The notes below the pieces were generated by a model that was not told the origin of the DNA, did not search any database, and saw only the letters and a program-made list of their open reading frames with translations. Positions 26,101 through 39,064 of a DNA stretch of 64,000 nt are shown piece by piece. How positions within the stretch are numbered: position 1 is the stretch's first letter; each line of letters opens with the position of its first letter. This DNA comes from Heteronotia binoei (lineage: Eukaryota), in the NCBI RefSeq assembly GCF_032191835.1, contig NC_083223.1:123752001-123816000 (forward strand). The letters run 5' to 3'. The translations under genes and the position numbers were made by a program.

Positions 26101-28311
26101 TTGTAATCTCCCTTATAATTTTCTTTTTCTCAGGTCGCTTTTTAAGCTCCTTCTCTTTCTGAATGTCCATCATTTGCTTATTTTATTGTTCAGTGTAATT
26201 AAGATGACCCTCATTACTCTCTCTCTCTCGGCTTGACTTCGCGAACGAAGATTTAAGAAAGGTACAGTAGTCCACATCTGCTGCAGGCTCGCTGGTGGCT
26301 GACAAGACCAATGCGGGACAGGCAGGTCCGGCCACAGTGGCTGCAGGGAAAAGTCTGATTTGGGGTTGGTGCTGTAGCAGTGTGATTCTTCCTCAATCTC
26401 CTTTTGTCCTCAAGACCAGCTTTGCGTGCATTCTCAAAGGAAGAGACAGCCAGGTGGATGGTGTGCCTCCATGCTTTGCGATCTGAGGCCAGGTAAGACC
26501 ACTGGTGATGGTTGATGTAACAGGTACCAAGGGATTTCTTCAAGGAGACCTTGTACCTCTTCTTTGGTACCCCTCTATTTCGATGGCCGGTGGAAGGTTC
26601 GCCATACAGGGCAATCTTGGGAAGGCGGTGGTTTTCCATCCTGGAAATATGCCCTGCCCAGCACAGCTGCGTCTTCAGCAGCAGTGCCTCGATGCTTGTA
26701 ACCTCCGCCCGCTTGAGGACTTCAATGTTGGTCACAAAGTCACTCCAGTGGATGTTGAGGATGGTGCGAAGGCAGCACTGATGAAAGCGCTCAAGGAGTC
26801 GCAGGTGATGACGGTATAAAACCCACAATTTGGAGCCGTAGATGAGAGTTGTCATCACAACCGCTTTGTAAACATTGATCTTTGTGCCTTTTTTCAGCAA
26901 TCCACCTCACCCCACTGTTGGAAGCATGGGGGCACAGTACTACATAGCACACTTCACAAAGTACTTGTCACCTGCTGGGAACAAGGCAAACTACCACAGG
27001 ACTTTTGTGATGCAATCATCATTACTCTATATAAGAACAAAGGGGAAAAGTCAGACTGCTCCAACTACTGGGAGATAACCCTGCTCTCCATCGCAGGCAA
27101 AATCCTTGCTAGAATACTCCTGAACAGACTGGTGCCCACCATTGCAGAAGAACTCCTCCCAGAGAGCCAGTGCGGCTTCAGAGCTAACAGGAGCACCACC
27201 GACATGGTATTTGTTCTCAGGCAGCTCCAAGAGAAATGCAGGGAACAGAACAAGGCTCTGTATGTGACTTTTGTCGACCTTACCAAAGCTTTCGACACCG
27301 TTAGCAGGAAAGGCCTGTGGCAAATCTTGGAACGTTTAGGATGTCCTCCAAGGTTCCTCAGCATGATCATCCAGCTACATGAAGATCAGCGAGGCCATGT
27401 CAGACACTGCAATGATCTCTCGGAGCCCTTCCCAATAGGCACAGGTGTAAAGCAAGGCTGTGTTCTCGCACCAACTCTCTTTACGATCTTCTTTAGCATG
27501 ATGCTTCAAAGAGCCACAGTAGATTTAGATGATGACGATGGTGTCTACATCCGCTATCGCACCGATGGCAGCCTGTTCAACCTGAGGCGACTAAAGGCCC
27601 ACTCCAAGACAATGGAAAAACTTGTCTGAGAGCTACTGTTTGCTGATGATGCTGCACTCGTCTCCCACTCGGTATCAGCTCTGCAGCATATGATGCCCTC
27701 ATTACTACTTTATATGCATTCCACACAATTTGAAATTGAGTCTCCTCTTTTTCATTTATTTGAAATAAGTATTTAGTTTCCTTTTCCAGAGGCACCACTA
27801 TTTCCTATTTCTGTAGCAAATCTTCATTTATCCACCATTTTAGGGTCTTTATCACAGGTTTTTCAGACCACATTATTGGATTGTGGTCTGCCCCTATTTT
27901 AGGAAGAATCTTTTTTTTGTTAAAAGTCCAAGATCTTTTGTAATCCATAACATATCAATTCTCGAGAAAGAATTATGCCTTGCTGAAAAGAAAGTATAGT
28001 CACGTTCCTTGGGGTTAAATTCCCTCTATATGTCTTCCAGACTTTCTTGTTTTAACAATCAAAAAATGACTTTGGTAGTTTCCCTTCATTATTTTTTCCC
28101 CAGATCTGTCCAAAATATTTTTAACTGTTCGAATCTCCCATTATCATAATTTGCTCATACGCCACTTGATCGAATTGTTGCATAATGTCTTTAAAGAAAG
28201 AGTCTTTTGCTCCATTTGGGGCATACAGTCTCAATAACAAAGTTCTTTTGTAATTCAGCATCACTTTCACCGCAATATATCTGCCATCATTGTCTTTGAA
28301 AATCAATTTTC
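23130..28311 (-). mobile_element. L1-clade LINE, 5'-truncated within the endonuclease; decayed ORF2
   Basis: EN (LYAPN, IMGD), RT (DAEKAFD, QGCPLSP, AFADD), GSFYHMWTC; AATAAA near 23140; TSD 23109-23129 / 33202-33223. Confidence 0.92.
26219..27691 (-). mobile_element. RTE-clade LINE with 5' inversion (3' part minus, 26219 to about 26900; RT part plus, about 26900 to 27691)
   Basis: ORF 27132-27629 (ESQCGFR, DLTKAFD, GVKQGCVLAP, then FADD) and ORF 26253-26900 with C2H2-like end; (GA)n tail; TSD GATG(A)CCCTCATTACT. Confidence 0.92.
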
Positions 28312-28422
28312 AATCAACCGCAGAAATCCTCTGTAGACGTTAGAATGCAGTCCTTCTCCGGGGACTCTTTGTCAAGCATGCGGGTTCAATGATGAGTCGG
28401 GTTGGATACAAGACTATGTTTA

Positions 28423-28662
28423 TTTTTTTTAGTTACAAACAATTTTATTAGTAACATATGGTAATACATTTCAATTTCTTACTTCATTAATAATTACTTT
28501 TTAAAAATCTATCCCATCTATTACTTTCTACCCACCCCTCCCCCTGTTACTTAACCTCCGCCAGTGTTATATACTTAAAATTTTAATATTAAAGGTACCC
28601 TTAATTAATAAGAACCAAAATTAATATCCTCTTCCCTCTTATACTTAGTTATTATCAAAAAT
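28423..28662 (-). mobile_element. L1 3' UTR fragment with poly(A), inside Gypsy copy 1
   Basis: Reverse complement matches 62270-62498; T-run at the left end. Confidence 0.85.
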
Positions 28663-28664
28663 GA

Positions 28665-30974
28665 AGTGTGCCTGTTTACGGTCTTCCCTTGCAAGGCTGG
28701 TAGTTCGACTATGAAATCCATTGACACTACAGACCAAGGATGTGTAGCTGTTTCTAGAGGCTTTAATAATCCAGGGGGCTTCCCCCCCTTCTCTTAGCCA
28801 TTAAGCAAATGGGGCAAGAAGCCACGAACTCAGAAACGTCCTTTTTCATAGATGGCCACCAGAACTGCCTGTTAATTAGATGCAGTGTCTTCACATACCC
28901 AAAGTGCCCGGCTAGCTTGTTAGAATGGCAAAATTGCGGGACCTCTAAGCGGCGGTCTTCCCCTTCCTTTTCGGTCTCTGTGGCCAGTCGTTTCCCCCCC
29001 TCCCACTTCTCTGTTTGCAGATTCTGCCTTGCTTTGGACCATGTGGTTACCATGGCCGCTACTTCAGAGGGGGAGATCAAGGAGTCCACTACCTCTTCTT
29101 TTTGGCTATTGTGCTGAGGGAGGTGCGAAAGGGCGTCTGCCAAGAAATTTTTTATCCCTGGGATGTGCTTCAGTATGAAATCAAATTAAGAGAAAAACCC
29201 CGCCCACCTAATTTGCTTTTCAGTGAGTTTGCGACGGCCGGTGAGCGCCTCCAAATTTTTGTGATCGGTCCAAATTTCAAATTGCAGTTTGGCGCCCTCC
29301 AGCCATGACCTCCATGTTTTTAAAGCATAGGTCACAGCAAAAGCTCCTTATCCCACACTGACCAATATCTCTGCTCCTGGGAAAATTTCTTAGAAATATA
29401 GGCACAGGGCTTTAGCCTTCCCTCCTCATCCCTTTGTATGAGGATGGCTCCGACCACGACGTCAGAAGTGTCACATTGCACAATGAAAGGCTTCAATTCA
29501 TTCGAGTGGGTCAAGACCGGCTTGCTTGTGAACAGCCTTTTGAGCTTATTGAACGCTTCCTGACATTTTGGCGTCCAATTTAGCTTCACTCCTGGTTTTT
29601 TGGAGTCTGGACCCTTCTCCTTGGTTTTTAATAACTCAGTGAGGGGCAACATTATCTGGGCGAACCCTGGTATGAAGGTACGGTAAAAAATGGCAAACCT
29701 GAGGAACGATTGGAGCTGTCTACATGTCATCGGGGGAGCCCAATCTAGTACCGCTTGAACCTTACTGGGGTCCATAGCCAACCCCTGCCCGGATACTCTG
29801 AAACCCAAATAGTCGAGTTCGGTCTTGTGGAACTCACATTTTGACAATTTAGCATACAACTTATGCTTCAGCAGTGTACTGAGGACCTCCCTCACTAGTT
29901 TCATATGCGATTGGAGGTCTTGTGAATAGATAATTATGTCATCCAGGTACACCACCACCCCCTTAAACAAATATTCTCTCAGTACTTCATTGATAAAGTT
30001 CATGAACACTCCCGGTGCTCCTTGTAACGCAAATGGCATCACTAAGTACTCAAACTGTCCCATTGGTGTATTGAATGCCGTTTTCCACTCGTCCCCCTCC
30101 TTGATGCGCACCCTAAAGTACGCATCTATCAAGTCCAGCTTAGTAAAGTACTGAGTAAGTCTTTGATGAGGGGTATTGGATAGGCATTAGAAGTGGAAAT
30201 CCCATTAATCCCCCGAAAATCAGTGCAAAGTCTAAGCGAGCCGTTCTTCTTTTTCCTAAAGAGAACGGGGGCTGCATTGGGGGCCGTGGCGGGTCGTATT
30301 AAGGCTCTCCTCAAGTTCTTATCTAGGAACTTCCTCAGTTCTACCTTTTCGGCCCACCCCATTGAGTACAGCTTGGCCTTAGGCAGGGTCTGCCCTGGGA
30401 TCAGTTCAATGGCACAGTCCGTGTTCCTATGGGGCGGGGGTTCATCAGCTCCCTATTCACTGAACACCCCCCTTAAGTCTTGATAAGCCTTAGGGATCAC
30501 CTGGACTTCCTCCATTGCCAAGCAAACCTCCTCATTTCTGGGCGGCAGACTGGGGCCCCACTCTTTATTCCAAAGATGGGCCAGACACCTCGCATCATTG
30601 AACTCTATTATCTGGTCTCCCCATCGAATATCGGGCTTGTGCTTGGCTAGCCATCCTACTCCCAAAACTACATTGTAAGAGGATGAGGGGGCTATCACAA
30701 AAGCCTCCTGGTCCCAGTGGTCTTTAATGCCCACCGGTACTAATTGAGTCTCTAACATGCATGGCTCCCCACTCATCACTGACCCATCCATTTGTTCAAA
30801 CTGGATGGGATGCGGCAAAGCCATTGTGGGAGGCCCCAACGCATCCACCAGCTTAGGGGTGATTATGTCTCTCGTGTACCCTAAGTCAATCAAGGCTTTC
30901 ACTTGCACAAACCTCTTGAATCTGCTGTTTAGCAAAATTACTGGCACAAAATATAGCGACCCCGTTACTCTCAC
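28665..30974 (-). pseudogene. Gypsy copy 1 pol (protease, RT, RNase H, integrase N-terminus), frameshifted
   Basis: ALIDLG protease site, YLDD, QCDTSD RNase H, GHFG...CPIC HHCC zinc finger. Confidence 0.9.
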
Positions 30975-31018
30975 CCTGAGTGGTGCCGGTTTGTTGGCGA
31001 CCTGCTGACTGGCACCGT

Positions 31019-32484
31019 TTAGAGCAGGTTGTCCTCGTTTCCTGCTGGCTCATCCTCCCAGGACATCTCACTCAGCTCATCGATGACAATGGTCTCCCTG
31101 TCAGGCATCGAGCTTGCAGCCGCGCTGCTCTTCACCGCATTCTTAGGGCGGCCGGTTTGCTTCTTTGGAGTCGGAGTGCTTGTCTTGGTGGTGGTGAACG
31201 GTGGCCTAAGGGGGTTCGGGCAGCCACTGGCCAAGTGGTTCGGGTCCCCGCACCAAAAACACTTGCGAGTTGCTGGAGACTTCCTGGCTCCTCTCCCCGC
31301 CTGGCTCTTCTTCGCCTGTTTTGGGTCACGGCCTGACTTGCCGCTCTGTTGCTGGCATTGCATGGCCAGTCTCTTCATGTTGGTCTCCACCTCCCCCACC
31401 AGCTGTATCCACCCCAGCAGGGTGGTTGGCTTCACTTGCTGTAAGGCTCAATCCAGGACACTAGCATTCAGCCCCCGGGTGAAATGCTTGATCTTCATCA
31501 GCTCACTCCACCCCCTCACTTTAGCCGCGTTGGTGCGGAACTCAGCCGCATACTCACGGATTGACTTGGAGCCTTGTTGTATGTCCCTCAGGGCAGCCAG
31601 CACGCGGGTCTCCTGCAGGGGGTCCTCATACTGGGCCAGCAAAGCTTGGAGGAAGGTGGCCACATTGTCCAGTTCCGGGCTCATGGCCTTGTACAGACTC
31701 ACGTACCATCTTTTCGCGGTCCCCTTCAGTTTCGATCCAAGATAGTCCACAAGACTAAACTCATCAGGGAAGGTGTTCCCCCAATAGTGCATGCAGCTAT
31801 TGGCCTGGATCGTGAAGTATTCCACTTCTTCAGGGTCCCCATCGAAGGTGGCATCCAACTCCCTTCCTTGGCCGCCTTCTCAAGGGGCCAGGGGTGCTGC
31901 TGGTTGCGCCCGGGGTGGTATTGTCGATGGTCTAGCCGCAGGCGGTTGCGAGGCTCTTCTTGTTGCGGGCCTCAGAATCCGGTCGACTTGCCTGTTAAAT
32001 TCTCCGGCCATCATGATGGTCATCACTTGCATCTCATCCCGCAACCCCTTGGCGACCTCTTCAACTTCCTTTCTTACCATCGAGCGGAATTCTCGAGCAA
32101 TCTCGTCTTCCTCCTCCCTCGGGACCATTATCTCATGGGTCCCAACCACTTCTACCTCTGCCAGAGGTGGATCGACTTCCACGCTTGTCACTGCTGTGCT
32201 CCCCTCCTCTCCAGGCTCGGCTGCCTCACCCTCTCCATTGGCCATCTTCACCAGCGTATGTGCCTGGTTAGGATGGCATCTCTGTGCGTCGGAGCCTCAT
32301 CCATCATGGTGGTAGAGGTACGCAGTTGCCACTGGTGTGGGATGACCAAGAGTTGTTGAATATGGAGAGGGGAGCCCTTTCCAGTGACTCTCCAGGTGTC
32401 CAGCACGTGCCACGGCGGTGTTGGTGCTCTCACCCCTTCCTCAGGTTCTGGAAGTTCACTGCTCACTGGAATCTTTTCAGCCAT
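31019..32484 (-). pseudogene. Gypsy copy 1 gag (PEG10/LDOC1-like capsid plus CCHC knuckle), frameshifted
   Basis: FDGDPEEVEYF...LKGTAKRWY; CFWCGDPNHLASGC. Confidence 0.88.
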
Positions 32485-33201
32485 TCAGTTACAAAGTTGC
32501 CAAGGCGGTTAAACTTCTTACAAGGATCACTCTCAAAATGTCAATCATGAGGGTTCAATGACGAGTTGGGTTGGATACAAGACTACGTTTATTGATAGAC
32601 CGATACTTTCAGTGTAACAGATTCTTGAGAGTGATGCTACAGATACATTGATACAATACTTTTAAGGCTAACTTCAAAAGGATTCCAAAAGGTGGGGCAA
32701 GGGATGGGCTCTCACACATAAACTATCATAAATGTCTACATTCTCATGGCGTTATCAGGACTTCGTCCTTGCTTTCCCCAGATGTATCGTACTCCCTAAC
32801 AGGAATGTATGGGAAGGTGCTGATTACTTATTCTCAAGTTAGTTTCATTTCTCTCTACTTCTACTTTGCAAGCAAAAAGGAGGAAGGGAAAGAATAACAG
32901 AGTTAACAGACCTTGGTCCTCCATGATATTTCACAGACCAGTTTCATGGAGGACCCTAAAACAATCAATTATCAATGGAATTTTACCATGCTTGACACTC
33001 TTCAAAGCCAAAAAGGAACCCCACTGGAATTCCTCATCAGCCAAAGTAAATCCCCTCAGAATTTCATATGCATGTCTTGGCCTTCTCCTTGCCTGGAAGA
33101 AGTAGGCAGCAGGTGTTAAGATCACCTTCTCTGCCCAGAACAGAGGCTCTGGTCTGCTCCTCGACTGAGAAGCAGTTCAATCTTCCATGACCAAAGCCTG
33201 G

Positions 33202-33630
33202 AAGTCCCTATAAAGAAAGTTTGAAGGAGTTGGGCATGTTTAGCCTGGAGAGGAGGCAGCTGAGAGGTGATATAATCACCATCTTCAAGTACTTGAAGGG
33301 CTGTCATATAGAGGATGGCGTGGAATTGTTTTCTGTAGCTCCAGAAGGTAGGACCAGTACCAATGGGTTGAAATTAAATCAAAAGAGTTTCTGGCTCAAC
33401 ATTAGGAAGAACTTCCTGACAGAGTGGTTCCTCAGTGGAACACGCTTCCTCAGGAGGTGGTGGGCTCTCCTTCTTTGGAGGTTTTTAAACAGAGGCTAGA
33501 TGACCATCTGACAGCAATGAAGATCCTGTGAATTTAGGGGGAGGTATTTGTGAGTTTCCTGCATTTTGCAGGGGGTTGGACTAGATGACCCTGTAGGTCC
33601 CTTCCAACTCTATGATTCTGTGATTCTATG
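33202..33630 (+). mobile_element. CR1 LINE, 3' part (continuation of 22621-23129)
   Basis: KELGMFSLERRQLRGD...; (TTCTATGA)-type tail at 33609-33630. Confidence 0.92.
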
Positions 33631-34510
33631 TACATATGCACTTAATGTGGTGGGGAAAATCTAATTTGTTTTTGCTAGGCTTGCCAGTCCCTAGGTCCCA
33701 GTGGGGATCCCTGGTTTACCAGGCTCCTTCCTGCCACCAGTCAGCTGGCTGGCAGGGGGAAGCAACACTCTCACAGTCACTATGTGCCTTTCCACCTCAG
33801 ACAGCTTAGAAGACTTGGGAAGGGCTTGCTTTTTGAAAGGTGTGTGTGCCTTAAAATCTCCAGAGCTAGGCTGAATTGGGGTCGGGCGAGCCTGCAGAAC
33901 AATGTGGCTGTTGTAAGAAAGGGGAGGGAAGCATCCCAGTCCCTCCATTTGTTTTGCAGCTTCTTTAAAAGTTGTTTGCACAGTAAAATAGAGAGAACCT
34001 TTGGTTTCCCTGTGTTAGTCTGAAGAACTTGGTAGTGTATACAGCATTCAACAACTCCCATGATGAGCAAATTGCCCCAGTGAGACCACAAAGTGTGTGC
34101 TTCCAAACTGTGTTTATTTTTGTCTGCTGTGTGTGTGTGTGTATGAGAGAGAGAGAGAGGAAGTGGAAGTGCAGCCAGCTGCTGGGGGATGAGGGAATGA
34201 AGACTGTATTCAGGGAAACTACACTGCTGTATTTTTATTTATTTATTTTAAGGAATGGGAAAGTCTCCTGGCCCCACCCCCAAAGCACCCAGGTATTTTC
34301 TGAGTTATACTAGGCAACTCTAGTTTCAGTTTGGGAACCCAAGAGGAGTTGAACTAAAATTGATACACATGAGGGTTTTTTTTGTCTTCATCTTCTACTG
34401 TATCTCATCATAATTCATTATACATATTAGAATCCAGATACCAGATTGGCTAGTCCTGTGTATGCTTTGTTGTATACAACTATCATAGACCACAGTCCAA
34501 TTACTACAAA

Positions 34511-34800
34511 TAGGGATGGGCACAAACCTAATTTCATGAAAAAATCATCAGTTTGTGAACCAGATGTTTGTGCCCATCTGGATGACCACAATCCTCTCAT
34601 GACCCTTCATGTGGTTTATTGGGTTCATGCTGGGAAATGAGGGGGGGGGCTTCCAAATATTCTTATTAAATGGCTTTTGCAGGATCTCTCCCCCACCCTT
34701 GGAGAGCCGCTGCCAGCAGAAAGGAGGGAGGGTCAATCTCAGATCTTCCCCCAAACCTCATGAACTGAACCTTCATTTTCTCAGTTCATGCCCATCCCTA
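34511..34800. mobile_element. MITE with TAGGGATGGGCA termini
   Basis: tagggatgggca ... tgcccatcccta. Confidence 0.75.
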
Positions 34801-36099
34801 ACTACAAACTATTCTGCCCTTGGCTTGCAGAAGACATTCTCCTTTTCCCTCTTATACTAATGTGATGCATGGGTGATGGTAGCATGTAAGTGTTCTCATA
34901 ACCTAGAGAGGTGGCAACAATTGACAGCTGTACCTGTAAAACCTGAACAGAGAACGTTTCCCTTGGATTTCTCTTCACACTTTCAATAGATTAATGGAAC
35001 CATTTGGTGTTTACAGGCCTATGTAAGATGAGTAAGGCCACCCTTGAAATACAGACAAGTCTTTTGACTTTAATTTGAGAACTTTATCTCTCTTTAATTG
35101 AAATAAAGTACTGTCTAACAGTAAGTGAGAATGACAAAGATCTTTGAAGGTATGACTGGTTGACTTCAACACAATTTTTTCATGGCCTTAAACATTGCTA
35201 TATCAATTAAACTCCCTTATCTGCAAAATTAATGGAAACATGCCTTGTTTCACAAGTATAATAATTTCACAAGTTTTAGGAACAAAAATTCTGTCTTTGC
35301 ATGTATTACATACAATCCAATGACTGCATCCAGAATTGTAGGCATATACATAGAGGCATACTAATAAACAACTTTGAAAAACTGTTTTTGTGCTGATGTG
35401 GGATGGGATGAAAACTGTTCATGACATTTGACTTATGTTGGTTTTTCTCACATATAAGACATTTTGACATTATTCATGTGATTAACATGAATGTGTGACA
35501 TCAACCTTTGCACAGCTTTGGAGCATGTAAACAGCTTGCAGAGATGCTGTTAAATGCAATTATGAAGTACTTTGTAACTCAGAAAAAATAAATAAAAGGG
35601 CATTTCCTACTGAGTCGGAAAAAGTGCATGTTAAGAAAAAGCAAAGGAACAAGAAGATGCTATTTTTTGCTGCTGAAGTATGCTCAGTGCCTAAGGCAAT
35701 TTGTTCAAGAACATTTCATGCTTACCTCTTGACTGATTGGTCTAGAATGCTGCCAAGGTCAGTGAAACCTTGGGTTATCTGTCAGATGGATGCCAATTTC
35801 ATGAATTACTGACCAAAGCTATATAGTAACTTAACTGAAGAGTAACTTAAATTAAGCATGCAATATATTTTTAAAAAAATGTGTGTCAGGTTCTTATTTT
35901 TCTTGTTTTAGAATTAGGGGAAAGCAAAACATGCCTATCCCAATCTCCAAGCACTTATTAAAACTATAATTTTATATTCCCATATCTGCCTTATAATTCA
36001 GCTTGAACAAAAAACCAGAACCATAATCCAATAAATAAAGCCTTGCTTAAAAAAATTGACCTTACTGTTGAAAAAAGTTCCCTCTCTCTCTTGTCTCTC

Positions 36100-36195
36100 T
36101 CTTGTCTAGAAGACATGAGCAGTGACTCATGAAAGCTTATATCCTGCCACAAATTTTGTTAGTCTTTAAGGTGCTACTAGACTCTTACTCTTTGT
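36100..36195 (+). mobile_element. Penelope-type terminal fragment with degenerate hammerhead core
   Basis: atgag-cagtga-ctcat-gaaagctta...ttgttagtctttaaggtgcta; CTGANGA box broken. Confidence 0.6.
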
Positions 36196-37110
36196 CTAGA
36201 ATAGGCTGTCTGGTCTGAAAAATCAGCAGTTCACAAGGACTCACAAATGGGGAATTGAGGGCCTTAATAAAAGACTGACTCTTTTAAAACAGCTCTTTCA
36301 AGTTAATCAAAGGGCTGCAGCATCAAAATATCCAAGTTTATTTTCAGTCTGCCAGAGTGCCAAGACAGCCCAAGAGTTTCACATTACATTTTCTTTATAC
36401 ACAGTTCTACAGTCACATGGAAAGATATGTATGTTATGTAACATGGGAATAGTTGTGTCCTATTACACATCAAAATGCTGATCAGCCTGATCCGGTTTTA
36501 ATTTATTTATATAATTTCCTTTCTCCCTGACCTTACTGCTTCTTTTTAAAAAATGAAGAATGGCAATTTTAGTACCAGCAACGTCACACAATTCTTTGCC
36601 AATCACCTTACAACAGCTCTAGAAAGCAGACTTTAAAGAATAAACAGGGATTCTAAGCTAAGAATTGATTCTGCGACTATGAAACTCACTGAGAACCCGA
36701 GTCCAGCACTTTCCCACCCAACTCCAACACTGTATTCATTGGACCATAGATATATTACATGATGCTAATTAAATTAACTTTAGCTCCCATGATTAGTTCT
36801 CCCTGTTCCAGGGCCATAGCCAGGATTTCGAAGGTTGGGGGGCCTCTAAATTTTTCAGGGGGCACTCAGTGGCCCCACCCCATAGCCTTCCCTCCCACTC
36901 CCTTCAAATAAAACTGCCCTACATGATTTGGGTGATGGGGAAGGGAGGGCAGCAGCTACTAGAGCACTGACTGAACTTGGCAGGCGCTGCAGAGGGAAAC
37001 TGACAAGTATTTTTCCTTGGCTTTAAAGTTTCCCTCTGCAGCACTGCACCCCTTAAAGCCAAGGAAAAGTGGCAAATCCCCTCTCCTGCACTGGCTGAAC
37101 TCGGCCAGTG

Positions 37111-38439
37111 TGAGAAAAATACCCCTAATTTCAGAACATCGTAGTCACCCGTTTGGTTGCCAGGGTGCCTGGAGACTCAACTCACATACATCCGCCAGGA
37201 GAACTTGGGTTTTGTCTACCAGAATGTAGGGACTTTTGTGAGTACAAACAGCCACAATGTTGCAGCAACATTCCGTGTCTTCGGAGGAGTGCTAACCAGG
37301 AGAACAGATGGGTTTCCAGTCACTCCGTGCAATCACCATCTTGGCCATTGCAGCGGAAGAAGGTGCGCCGCCAGGAACTGTCCAGGCAAGCGGTTTCCAG
37401 CCTTGACCATAGAATCCATATAGGAAGGCTAACATCACCAGCAGCTATCTTCCTGCAGTGCCAGACTCTATTACAGCAAAGTGGGAGGCTCATGTACTCA
37501 ACAGATGTCACCTATGCATAAAGCCATCAAGCTTATCTTAGGCGTAGATCCTGTCAGACTGCCTAAGCCTTTGTCCAACGGAACCCTAGACAAAGGCTGG
37601 TGCCAGTAGAGGAATGAAGAAGAGGAAGAACATCTTCACCAAGAGCCAAGTTTCTTTGTATAGATCGGGTGTTACCTTAGGTAGAAATTTGGCCATCTAT
37701 TGTCACCTTTTTAGATAAGTTTGATAGTCTTAATCACCTCCACCCATTCTTTCCCTTAATGGTCATCCTGGAGCCTCCCACTTTGGCCTATTGTTACCTG
37801 GAAGTCCAATAAGGTAACCAGGGCCAAGTCTGCTCATTGGCCAGGTACAGGCATCCAATCAGGTGCCCCCAATAAACTGGCTATTGGCTACCGCTTAAGT
37901 CCAGCCCTTATGGTCATTGTGAAGCCTCCCCTTTTCCTGAGGTCATGTACCAGCTGACCACCTCTCATCTGCCCCTGCACCTCCCATCCCCTAAGGGCTC
38001 AAGGTAGTCCTTATAACCTGTGACCCAGCTCCCCACAGGTGTTCCTCTAGCAGTACCTCATTCCTGCTGTTTAGATACATCCCCGATTCCTGATCAGTTG
38101 AGAGTCCCTTCCCCCTAGTTCTTGTTTGTCGCCATTGGAGCCTTCCTTGAAGACTATGATTGGAAATTATTACCCTGTTTGTCCATCCTTATGTTACCTC
38201 TATGCATTTTTCTCTATTTTTATTAGGACTGTATGGGTGTTGTATGCATTCATTACCTTGTATGTGTGTTCTATATTTTTCTGCAATAAATTTTAAATTA
38301 TTTTACTTAATTATTAAAATAATTGGCAAATAATTGGCAAATTTAAGCAATAATTTCTGGAAGTGGAATCCTGTATACATAGATTCTAGATCCTTTTTAA
38401 ACCATAGATGCCCACCTGTCAATTCCCCAACCTCTTTTG
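37111..38439 (+). mobile_element. Long (~1.33 kb) solo LTR, copy B
   Basis: Collinear with 14310-15591; AGTG duplicated at both ends within array unit 2. Confidence 0.68.
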
Positions 38440-39064
38440 AGTGCTGCACAGGGAAACTGACAAGTCTTTTTCCTTGGCTTTAAGAAATGGGGGGAGTCCC
38501 CCCCCTTAAAGCCAAGGAAAAAAGGGCGATTCCCTCTCCTGCACTGGCTGAACTCAGCGGGCGCTGCCGAGGGAAACTGACAAGTGTTTTTCCTTGGCTT
38601 TAAGGGGAGGGGGGAACCCCCCCTGTCAGGCGATGGAGACTCAAGGCAGTATTCATTGAGACAATGTAATACTTTATTGGAAACTCATAGCTGGAAAAAA
38701 AAGTTGAGACTAATACCTGGGAATGGGTGTCTCTTAGTCTTATGGAATCTACATCAAAGCGATATCTAAACAAAGACACTATTCTCAAAACAACAGGGAG
38801 TGAAGGTGCAAACTTTCACACAAGAGCTTCTGCTTATCTCTTTGCCTCTGGGAAGATGCTGGCCAGCAGTGGCATCTATTAATGGTCACATTCCTTTGCT
38901 CCCTTTACAACCTAAACAAAGTTAGCACTTCAAACGTCCTCCCTTTGATATGCATGCTAGCTACAATATAACAAAAGGCTGTGGGTTAGTATGGAGAGTC
39001 CATTTGGTTAGTATTCTATAATTTCAGTATGATAGAGTTACAGAGCCTGACATACTGCCCCCCC

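Larger units (their letters stand above)
28370..32997 (-). mobile_element. Gypsy/Ty3 LTR retrotransposon (Tf1/sushi group), copy 1, 3'-deleted
   Basis: 5' LTR 32539-32997 (TGTCA...TGACA); 3' LTR remnant 28370-28424; 5-bp TSD CTCTT on both sides. Confidence 0.93.
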
